A stretch of DNA of 64,000 bases from positions 28,545-92,544 of IMG/VR virus record IMGVR_UViG_3300044638_008303; one strand, given 5' to 3'. The translations under genes were made by a program, and so were the position numbers. The notes beneath the pieces were generated by a model that saw only the letters and a list, made by a program, of their open reading frames with translations, had not been told where the DNA came from and ran no database searches. This DNA is from a virus. Positions 28,589 to 37,620 of this stretch are shown piece after piece; positions within the stretch are counted from its first letter, which is position 1, and every line of letters starts with the position of its first letter.

Positions 28589-31542
28589 AAAGTTAATACT
28601 TTAGTATTACTAGTTCTTTGACTGGTTCTGGTATATAAATCTTTTAATATTTGATAATTACCACCCGCGCCAACGCCCCCGCCCATACTAACTGGTTTTA
28701 TATATTTATCTAGTAAACTAGATAAAGAAGTACCCATTCCGGGCGGTTGAAATAACTTATCACTAAATTCATACTGTGTAAAAACGCCATCACTTGAAAT
28801 AATTAAACTTAAAGAAGATAATCCCTCTTCAACTTTAAAATTTTCAGGAATTAAACCCGCAAGTTTAAAACTTATAAATTTTAATGGATCTGAATATGAA
28901 TAAGATTGCATATTAGCTAAATCTTTTACATAAGCCTCTAATAATGCTTCATTTGGGATACAACTTCCACCAAATAAATTAAGAAAATTTTCTGCAATAT
29001 CATTTATGTAATAATCAACGGAATAAACTTTTGTTGGATTTTTTACTGAAACACTATTAATTAATTCTATTTTTGGAATAAAAACAGGTATATCATCAGA
29101 GCATTTGACAAAAACTCTGTATCCTTTTGTGTAACTACTATTTAAATAACTTGGATTAGGGTCGCTAAGATTCGCTTGAGTAGTAAAAGCTTGCGCCATA
29201 TCTTGGGTTTGTTCACTAAAGGACTGTACTGGGGGAAAAATTTTCATTCCAGGTACAGAAATTTCTATACAGGAAGAAGATTGAAGGCCCCATTTACCAC
29301 GATTTACTAAGATCGTTTTTCCGTCCGCCCCCTGTCTTTCTAAATAATGATTTTCTGCTATTTCTTGATTAGGATGTTTATCAATTAATTGGGCGCTTAA
29401 TTTCCAATCTTTTAACTCTTTTACTATAAAAAGTTTTATACTTGTATCGTATTTTGCTTGAGGATACAAATCGAATAATAAATTCGGCCTGCCATCAACT
29501 GTACCAAATTTTTTAAAACATTGATCCCCATGCCAATTGAATAAAGTTTGATACCATTTAGTTGCATATTCTAGTTCTGGAAGCCATTTCGTATTGGCTC
29601 TTTCCCATAATAAAAAACCTTTAGTTGAATATATCTCAGGTTTTTTTTCTTTTACCGTTGATTGAAGAGTATTTTTTCTTTCATCTCGTTTGATTTTATT
29701 TTCACTAAGCCCTGCTTTAAATTTTGATTTAAGAAATCTTCCTAGTATAGATTGTTTCGCATGTCCAAAATTAAAAATCTTAATATTATCCATATTTTGA
29801 CCAATTTTTATAAAATTACCGCTACCATCTTCTGGAGGACCCTCTACATTACATTCTGATTTAGCGTTACTACTATTGGGAACATTAGTTGAAAATAAAC
29901 GGTAGAAATGTTTTCCTAAAAAATTAGTAGCTAAATTTTGTTCAGTTTCTATCATTTGGCTCCAACCATCTTCATTTACTTTCGCAATAAAAAAATAATA
30001 TTTTGGATCTTCTGGAGTGCCACCGCCAAGCATATAAAATTCTCTTTGTTGTCGTGTCATCAAAGTATCTCTTATTAAAAAAAACTTATTTTGCTGTTCT
30101 CCTATTAGTTTTGGATGAAAAACGTTGTAAACTTCCATATCACCAAAAAATTTTAATGTTTTTTTGTCAGCAGGTTCAGTTGCTGGACTCCCATCTTCTT
30201 CATAATTATCTGGGGAACTTTCAAAATAAGAATCGGTAATAGTCATATCACTTGATGTCGTGGTATTCCCAATAGTTCTAGTATTAGATGCGTTGTTAGA
30301 GGAACCTGGTGATTGACTACTTGGTGAAGAAGCGGGTGCTGAAGAACTACTAGATGGCGCAGAACTAGAAGAAGAATTGGATGAGCTAGAAGACCCTGAA
30401 GAACTAGAAGAGCCAGCAGACATTTTATAATTATCGTTTAATACTTTATGATTTAAAATTCCATAATAAGAAAACCAAAAAAAACTATTTCTTAAATCTA
30501 CGCTATAATAATTAAGAGTTACGCCTATTTCTTTTGCTACTAAATCACTTTTTATTACTGCATTCGGTACGGCTGAATTATTTGATTTTCCATCAAGAGT
30601 TGATAATTCTGCAAAACTTAAAGGTTTTAAATTTTGATAGGTATCATTTTCACAACTATATGAACGAGGACCCCCAGGTTTGTTAAAAGGACCAATAAAA
30701 CCTCTACTATAAGTACCTTCTAAAGTTGTTTTATATTTTAAATCAGTAACATTTTTTATGTTTTTAGCCGTTTCATAAGATATTAATTTTGAATTAGTAA
30801 TTAAAACTGTTCTATCAATAATTTTTAACTCATTTTTTAGCGCATCGTAATAAAATGTTAAGCCAAGGTCATCCATCCAACTATTTAAGACATTTCTTAA
30901 ATTTCCAACATGTTGAGCTTTGGGAAGATATACTTTAGATGCATCAAAAGTAATTATTATTTCTGTAACTTTTGCTTTAATTTGATTAATTAAATTATGA
31001 AATGTATAGTAAACAGGGTAGTTTTCCCAGTTAGTAGTTTCCGCATCGCATATTGACTTATATTTAGTTGGCGGCATAAATGGACATGGGTCACATGGAT
31101 CAATCTGAAGTTTTGTTTCTGTATAATCCACAATAGAATCTAAATTTTTGTCACAGGGATGATACTGTTTACCAACAAGTATAAGATTAGATGGATTAGA
31201 GTTAGCGCTCCTTTTTCCATGTATAGTATTTAAGCCAACAAACCATTGATCTAATTTTATAGATTTATCAACATATTCTAATTTTAATACTTTTTGCTCA
31301 GTAGTTGAGTCTAATTCTGTACTTATTAAGTAACCTTTAAATGTAAAGTCTCCAACTGTAATCGTTTCTTCTTTTTCTAAATCAGGTTCGGGCGGATTAT
31401 AAGTTCCAAGTTTATTTGCAATCGTCACACTTAATTTACTTGGACTACTACCACCATTAAATTGCCAATTAAAGTCTATAATACCATCATCGCCTTGTAA
31501 TCCAGGAACTGAAATTTTATCAATTGTAATTTGTTGTGACAT
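28585..31542 (-). CDS. putative baseplate hub / tail-tip (Tal-like) protein
   Basis: Downstream of the tape measure; N-terminal PSKLSVTI...FKGYLIS...LKLEYVD hub-like pattern; Ser-rich insertion. Confidence 0.55.
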   Translation of the reverse strand: MSQQITIDKISVPGLQGDDGIIDFNWQFNGGSSPSKLSVTIANKLGTYNPPEPDLEKEETITVGDFTFKGYLISTELDSTTEQKVLKLEYVDKSIKLDQWFVGLNTIHGKRSANSNPSNLILVGKQYHPCDKNLDSIVDYTETKLQIDPCDPCPFMPPTKYKSICDAETTNWENYPVYYTFHNLINQIKAKVTEIIITFDASKVYLPKAQHVGNLRNVLNSWMDDLGLTFYYDALKNELKIIDRTVLITNSKLISYETAKNIKNVTDLKYKTTLEGTYSRGFIGPFNKPGGPRSYSCENDTYQNLKPLSFAELSTLDGKSNNSAVPNAVIKSDLVAKEIGVTLNYYSVDLRNSFFWFSYYGILNHKVLNDNYKMSAGSSSSSGSSSSSNSSSSSAPSSSSSAPASSPSSQSPGSSNNASNTRTIGNTTTSSDMTITDSYFESSPDNYEEDGSPATEPADKKTLKFFGDMEVYNVFHPKLIGEQQNKFFLIRDTLMTRQQREFYMLGGGTPEDPKYYFFIAKVNEDGWSQMIETEQNLATNFLGKHFYRLFSTNVPNSSNAKSECNVEGPPEDGSGNFIKIGQNMDNIKIFNFGHAKQSILGRFLKSKFKAGLSENKIKRDERKNTLQSTVKEKKPEIYSTKGFLLWERANTKWLPELEYATKWYQTLFNWHGDQCFKKFGTVDGRPNLLFDLYPQAKYDTSIKLFIVKELKDWKLSAQLIDKHPNQEIAENHYLERQGADGKTILVNRGKWGLQSSSCIEISVPGMKIFPPVQSFSEQTQDMAQAFTTQANLSDPNPSYLNSSYTKGYRVFVKCSDDIPVFIPKIELINSVSVKNPTKVYSVDYYINDIAENFLNLFGGSCIPNEALLEAYVKDLANMQSYSYSDPLKFISFKLAGLIPENFKVEEGLSSLSLIISSDGVFTQYEFSDKLFQPPGMGTSLSSLLDKYIKPVSMGGGVGAGGNYQILKDLYTRTSQRTSNTKVLTL

Positions 31543-34407
31543 TTAATTATTATATATTATATCTGGTAACTGTTCTAAAAATAGAACCCCAGTTTTTAGA
31601 TTTAAACTTGATAATTCATTATAATCTTCATTATACGATTGTCTTATACCATTTACATATATTTCCGACAATCTTTCGTAATATTTTTGTGGAGAATAAG
31701 AGTAAGGCTTTCCACTTTCTATATATGAATAATCGTAATTTTTAGGAACAAAGCATAAATTACCAGTAATTCCCGTATAGAAAGAATAATTATTAAAAGT
31801 AATGTTATTTGAAGAATAAACTAACCCCCCAGCGTTAACTGATGAACTTGGAGCGCCCTGTACAAAAATTGACCCATCATTATTTAAGCTAAGATGTTTT
31901 CCATGATATGGAGAAACCTGACCGCTAGGAATTTCTTGATGAAAAGCCCACCCAATATTTAAATTACCTGTAAATATTATAGTACTATCACCTTCATTTT
32001 TTGCTGTAGCTATAATTGTTCCATTATTATTAATATCAATACTCGAACCAATTATACCAGTAATTACTTGTTTTAATACCCATTCATTATTTAAATCTCC
32101 TGTATAAATAGAAATACCAGAAGAACTCCCGAAATTACCGATTACACACACATTACCCATGCCATTACATGCGACATCCCATCCAAAGTAAGGAATCTGA
32201 GTACTAGGTTTTAATATGTTTTTAATACCCCAACCAACTAAAGAATTTCCAGTATATATAATTGCTGACCCCGTAAAATTACTCTGATCATTTGGCGCTC
32301 CTACTACTAAAATTGTACCGTCATTATTGGTATCCATAGAGTTACCTATTTGCTTACAATTATTAATTGAACTTAACTGTTGTTTGAAATTCCATCCATT
32401 ATTTATATCACCGGTAAAAATAACTACAGTTCCATTTCGATCATTATTAAAAGGAGCCCCAACTGCTAAAACTGTACCGTCATTATTAGATGTAGTTGCA
32501 TAACCAAACCATCCTACAGCATCATAAATAATTTCAATTTCTTCATCCTCAATTATTTCAATAGATTCCTCATAAGGTAAATCATTTTTATATTTCCATC
32601 CATTATTTGCATCACCAGTATAAATAGAAACCTTATTTATTCCGAAGCTACCTATCATCAATAAATTAGCACTACTATTAGTTGCAAGACTATTACCAAA
32701 AAATTCATTATTTAGGATACCAGTGATTGTTTGTTTTACATTCCAGCCAAGAATTGAATTCCCAGTGTATATAGCTACAACTCCTCTAGCAGTATTTTGT
32801 AAATAATCGCCCACTATTATTACAGATTCGTCATTATTTATTCTACTACTTCTATAACTCCTACTATTAAAAATATTCTGTAACTCATCTCTTAAATCAT
32901 AATTATTATCAATACTATAATGTATATTTTCAGTTAATTTTTGCCCATTAAAAAATATATTAAAACTACTATTTGATAGCGATGGGATAGAAATAGATGA
33001 TTCTATATATAGATCTTCATAACATACGGTTTCCCCGGTATTAAAATCAACAAAAATAGAGTCTGAAGATGGTTGGCCATATAAATTAAAAGGAACAATT
33101 TTTCCGTTTTCTACGCCATAATCATTTTTAACAATTCTTATTAAATCTGGATTGTAAGAATTACTTAAATCAATAAGTTCTCCAGACGTTTGATATTGCC
33201 CATTAATAAATAAAGATTCGTTTTCTATAGTGCGGTTGGGTAAATAGTAACCATAATCAAACCTATTTTGAGATAAAAATAAATTTTTATTATTAATTTT
33301 ACTTATATCTCCAGTAATTAAACCAATTTCTATTAAATCGTCATTTATTTTATCTGTTGTAAATTTTATATAATCTTTGTTATAATTATTAAATTTATTC
33401 AAATTTCTTTTCAAAGAAATCGTTAAAGGTTCATTAAAAAATTGAAAAAATGAACCGGTAAGAAGAGTAAAGCCATATAACGGTCTTAAACCGTATAATG
33501 GGCTATTAGTATATCCAACTGTCTGAAAACCCCAATCATCATATATAACACCTGTTGCAGTTCTTTGAAAACCTGTAATATATAATCCGCTTCCAGTAAT
33601 TTCATATCTTCGTCCTGTGATTCCCGTCACAAGACCTGACGCTAAAGCGCCTCCAGACGCATAAGTATCATGAATAAAGCCTGTATAAATAAAAGGTAAT
33701 TCTCGATTAAATAATCCAGAACCCACAATAAAATTATCGATATACCCCAAAAATGGTTGATTATTATTATATGAATTAATTGACTCAGGGTTATATCCTA
33801 TATATAAATTTTTTGGATTGTATATAAAGTTTGAATTAATATTAAAATTAGAATTAATTACCGAATTTTGAACAAAATTAAAGTAGCCAAAATTTACAGT
33901 GTTATTAGAAATATTTAAATATACACTAGATTTATTTGATAAATTAGACTCTTGAACAAAAACTCTTGAACCAGATGGTTCAAAATATTCAAAATAAAGA
34001 TTATTATTAGCCGTAACACCAAATTCAAAACCTTGATTAACATTTATAAAGTAAGTACTACCATCTTCATTATATTGTAAAATATTATCTTTTGTAATAC
34101 TAGATATTAAAGTACTAGATCCAACCCTTATTTTTTCAAAATCTATAATAAAAGTAGAATCATTATAATTTATAAAATTATTTATACCAGTTATTCTTGC
34201 GTAATTACCAGAAAAATATCCACGACCACTTGTTGACCATAATTCATAAGGAAAAGGAATTATATTTGCAGATAAACGCCCAGAATTAATTCCATTATTT
34301 TTTATAGTAGACCCGGTTTCTAAAAAGTTATATCTTAAAACTAATTTAGAATAAATATCTGGACGGGCAAACTGTATAAAATATAGATTATCTTCAATTT
34401 TATTCAT
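31543..34407 (-). CDS. virion protein: LamG/ConA-like N-terminal domain + inserted FG-GAP propeller
   Basis: LVLRYNF...LYIGY...FLGYIDNF is LamG-like; GTVLAVGAP/GTILVVGAP repeats; FFNGQKL and YVNGIRQ motifs. Confidence 0.7.
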   Translation of the reverse strand: MNKIEDNLYFIQFARPDIYSKLVLRYNFLETGSTIKNNGINSGRLSANIIPFPYELWSTSGRGYFSGNYARITGINNFINYNDSTFIIDFEKIRVGSSTLISSITKDNILQYNEDGSTYFINVNQGFEFGVTANNNLYFEYFEPSGSRVFVQESNLSNKSSVYLNISNNTVNFGYFNFVQNSVINSNFNINSNFIYNPKNLYIGYNPESINSYNNNQPFLGYIDNFIVGSGLFNRELPFIYTGFIHDTYASGGALASGLVTGITGRRYEITGSGLYITGFQRTATGVIYDDWGFQTVGYTNSPLYGLRPLYGFTLLTGSFFQFFNEPLTISLKRNLNKFNNYNKDYIKFTTDKINDDLIEIGLITGDISKINNKNLFLSQNRFDYGYYLPNRTIENESLFINGQYQTSGELIDLSNSYNPDLIRIVKNDYGVENGKIVPFNLYGQPSSDSIFVDFNTGETVCYEDLYIESSISIPSLSNSSFNIFFNGQKLTENIHYSIDNNYDLRDELQNIFNSRSYRSSRINNDESVIIVGDYLQNTARGVVAIYTGNSILGWNVKQTITGILNNEFFGNSLATNSSANLLMIGSFGINKVSIYTGDANNGWKYKNDLPYEESIEIIEDEEIEIIYDAVGWFGYATTSNNDGTVLAVGAPFNNDRNGTVVIFTGDINNGWNFKQQLSSINNCKQIGNSMDTNNDGTILVVGAPNDQSNFTGSAIIYTGNSLVGWGIKNILKPSTQIPYFGWDVACNGMGNVCVIGNFGSSSGISIYTGDLNNEWVLKQVITGIIGSSIDINNNGTIIATAKNEGDSTIIFTGNLNIGWAFHQEIPSGQVSPYHGKHLSLNNDGSIFVQGAPSSSVNAGGLVYSSNNITFNNYSFYTGITGNLCFVPKNYDYSYIESGKPYSYSPQKYYERLSEIYVNGIRQSYNEDYNELSSLNLKTGVLFLEQLPDIIYNN

Positions 34408-34409
34408 AA

Positions 34410-35972
34410 TTAACCTCCATATAATTTTGTTTCTGCTGAATACTGTAATTCAAAATCATATCTTACAGTGGTATCTTTTGTCATCGAACAAGTTTTTTTT
34501 ACTAAAAATTCATTTGCAAAATTTTCAGAGTTTTTAAGTTCAGTATATATGGATGCCGCTGCCGCTAAAACATCCTCTTGTATTCCCTCGTTTTCAGATA
34601 AAGCTGTACCTTGAATAGATATTTCACCCCTTGTTTTAGCTTTAACATTTATCAAACCTTGAGAACCGTCAAGAAATTGAATTGGATTTTTTATTGGTAT
34701 GGATGGAGTATAATCAATATTATATTCAAAATTAAAAACTTGACCTTGTAAATTTTGTGGTATTAAAGAAGAGTCATCGAATGAAACATTAAAATTTGTT
34801 GAAAAACTTGCGCTATTTGTTGTAATTGAGGAACTTTTAGGCAGTGTAAAAACAGGGGGCGGGGTAACATTCGGAAAATATTTAGTATACTCTGTTTGGC
34901 ATGATTCATTTAAAGGCGGGTCGAAGCTATTTAATTGACTTATGTTTGTTTTTCGTTCTTTTTGATGTTTTTTTTGAAACGTCGCTGTACCATTCACGCT
35001 AACTGTTCTTATATCATTTACAACATCATGATCAGCAGTTGTTTCTGATAAAATTAATTTATCTATAATAATATTATTAAAAGTATAACTAAAAGTTATC
35101 GTATTATTTAACTCGTCTTCGTCAACAGAAAAATTAATAGCCCTAGGATCTATAGTTTGCCCATTAGAACCTATATCTGCGGCATATTTCTCAATCGGAA
35201 TTTTTTTAAATTCGTCTCGCAGTGTTTCAATTGTCATATCTTGTGGTCCAGATAGAGCGCCTTGAACTGTAATTAAAGTTGTTCCAGCTTTTTTATCTTC
35301 CGAAGATTCTATTGAAACATTTAAAAATGTACTAGATTGTGAATTTTGATTGTATTTAAATTCAACGTCAACACTTATAGAACCATCTAACCTATTAACT
35401 ACCTGTCTAAAAGATAAAGGTTTGATATTTGAAGGTGGCGAACCCATTCCTGGTAAAAGTAGTTCAATATTGTCTGGAATCGTTTCTAAATTTAAACTCG
35501 TTATCCATGTTTTTACTTTTTCAATAGCTTGCCCTGGGGCGTCAGCGATTCCTCTTCCAGAAACTCGCCTATTAACAGAAATAGACCCATCTTTATTTTC
35601 AATCACGCTAATATTATCAATTGGATCTGCAACCCGAACTATATCAGAAAACCAATTATCTGGATAAGCTAAAAACTCGGCACTATATTCGGCACCGAAA
35701 ACAGTTGAATTTAATATACTAAAAGATTCACAGCGAGCCTTTTCAGCAGAAAAACCTCCAGCACTTAAAGATTGAAAGCCCGCAACCATAGTTTTTGAAA
35801 ATTTATTTATTTCTTGCAATATATTTTTTTGACAATTATCTTTATCTAAAACAATTTTTCCTTGTATTAAAAACCGTCTTACTGAATATAATTTACCGCC
35901 ATATATTACAGTTTCATCTCTAATCCCGACGAATGGATCTTGATTACCTAGTTTTATTCCTCCGAAAGTCAT
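34410..35972 (-). CDS. putative distal tail / tail-tip protein
   Basis: Synteny after the tape measure; repeated xITVQGx / ITFSYTF beta units. Confidence 0.55.
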   Translation of the reverse strand: MTFGGIKLGNQDPFVGIRDETVIYGGKLYSVRRFLIQGKIVLDKDNCQKNILQEINKFSKTMVAGFQSLSAGGFSAEKARCESFSILNSTVFGAEYSAEFLAYPDNWFSDIVRVADPIDNISVIENKDGSISVNRRVSGRGIADAPGQAIEKVKTWITSLNLETIPDNIELLLPGMGSPPSNIKPLSFRQVVNRLDGSISVDVEFKYNQNSQSSTFLNVSIESSEDKKAGTTLITVQGALSGPQDMTIETLRDEFKKIPIEKYAADIGSNGQTIDPRAINFSVDEDELNNTITFSYTFNNIIIDKLILSETTADHDVVNDIRTVSVNGTATFQKKHQKERKTNISQLNSFDPPLNESCQTEYTKYFPNVTPPPVFTLPKSSSITTNSASFSTNFNVSFDDSSLIPQNLQGQVFNFEYNIDYTPSIPIKNPIQFLDGSQGLINVKAKTRGEISIQGTALSENEGIQEDVLAAAASIYTELKNSENFANEFLVKKTCSMTKDTTVRYDFELQYSAETKLYGG

Positions 35973-37618
35973 TATTTTAATGTTAATATGGTTTGAGTTG
36001 AAACTAATTGTCTATTACTAGAAGAATATTTTATATTTAAATTTTCTAACATAGAATTTTGGACTATTGCAACGCTTAGATTTGCCGCTTGAAAAATTTC
36101 ATTGAGTTTTTTTGTAGACAACACAGAGCGTGTAATTGTTTTAATTTCTCTTTTAAAAACTTTATTTGGATGCTCTTGTAAAATTTGAAATTTATCTTCT
36201 CCAATAGGAGTATAAACAGCAAAAGTATCTAAGTTTTCAATTGGTTCTTCAGAAATTTGTTCAGATTGTCTTCTTATAATTGTTGAGTTGTCATTCTCAT
36301 CATTATACAATAAACCCTTGTCGTTCGAATAAGTATAAGAATATTTTATTGCACCCTCGTTATAGGCGTGCGTTTCAGATTTTCTTGTTATTTTAAAAGT
36401 ACTACCAGCGTTATTAGAAGAAAAATTATCGCATCTTTGTTTTATTTCATTCTTAATTTGATCAAAAGCGGCTTTTGCTACGTCATATTTTGGGGTTCCA
36501 TTAGTAATTGAATCTGAATAAGTATTTGGAGTATCCAGTAAGCCAGAAACGGTCCCCTCTTCTGAAACATTTATTACCGCACCATCTAAAGATTCTGTAT
36601 TACTATATTCAATTATGCATTTTTTTTGTTCATCAATTTCTAGATTATTAGTAAGCACTAGAGTTAAACTGGCTTTTGCTTCATTTCTTGAATAAAGTAA
36701 TGTTTTAGAAATTGGAGTTTTTTGTAACTCTTGTTTTTCACCTTGTAATTTTCCAGTATCAATAAATGCAGTAAAAATTGTTTCTGCCGCGTCTTTTAAT
36801 GCCTGTTCTTGGCTTGTAACAAATTGTTTTGCTATGTCAAAACGTGTATTAAGATCTCCATCACTGTTTCCTACAGCTTCGACGGTAAGTGTTATATTTG
36901 CAAAACCATTTTCTACAAACTCGAACCTATTTTGAAAAGAAGCTAAAATATCTGGATCGGTATTTCTAGTGTTGTCATCGTAAGTTATCCAATTTTGGTT
37001 TGATCTATAAGCGCAAGAAACAGAATCAAAATCTGTTTCTTTGAATTTTTTTTGAGTAAAACTTGCTGGAAATTGGATAGACTTTAATAAAACTTCTAAT
37101 TTTGTTGTGTCTTTGTATATGGCGTCCGCAATATTTTTAGCGGTTTGAAATGTTTCGGATTTATTATCTGGATTTAATTTTATTTCAACTTCGTGAGAAA
37201 AATTATTTATTTTTTTATCTTTTGAAATATTATAATTTTCTGAAATTGATTCAATTTTAAGCGTGTCTTGTAAATTTATACCTTGTATTGCTTTATCAAG
37301 CTCGCCCTCTTCTTCAATAACTATATTAACTGTATATGTTTTTCTTTGCTGGTCAGGACCTTCTGGGTTCGCATCAATAGACTGAACATAACCATTTCCA
37401 AAACTAGTACCATTTATTGTAATATTTTCTCTTAAAGTTCCTTTTGATACAAAAGCTTCGTTGGATAAGCTTTCAATAACTCCATGAACCGCTGAAATAT
37501 CTGAACCTAAAGATTCGCATTCAACAGATATATCCAATACGCGCTTTAGAAGAGCATTATCTCCTAAATACTCAAAACGCTTCGTAAAACTAATACCTTT
37601 TGCCTTGTCTATATTCAT
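35972..37618 (-). CDS. putative distal tail / tail-tip protein
   Basis: Immediately follows the tape measure; units (VSEEGTVSG, IKYSYTYS) resemble the next gene. Confidence 0.55.
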   Translation of the reverse strand: MNIDKAKGISFTKRFEYLGDNALLKRVLDISVECESLGSDISAVHGVIESLSNEAFVSKGTLRENITINGTSFGNGYVQSIDANPEGPDQQRKTYTVNIVIEEEGELDKAIQGINLQDTLKIESISENYNISKDKKINNFSHEVEIKLNPDNKSETFQTAKNIADAIYKDTTKLEVLLKSIQFPASFTQKKFKETDFDSVSCAYRSNQNWITYDDNTRNTDPDILASFQNRFEFVENGFANITLTVEAVGNSDGDLNTRFDIAKQFVTSQEQALKDAAETIFTAFIDTGKLQGEKQELQKTPISKTLLYSRNEAKASLTLVLTNNLEIDEQKKCIIEYSNTESLDGAVINVSEEGTVSGLLDTPNTYSDSITNGTPKYDVAKAAFDQIKNEIKQRCDNFSSNNAGSTFKITRKSETHAYNEGAIKYSYTYSNDKGLLYNDENDNSTIIRRQSEQISEEPIENLDTFAVYTPIGEDKFQILQEHPNKVFKREIKTITRSVLSTKKLNEIFQAANLSVAIVQNSMLENLNIKYSSSNRQLVSTQTILTLK

Positions 37619-37620
37619 TT

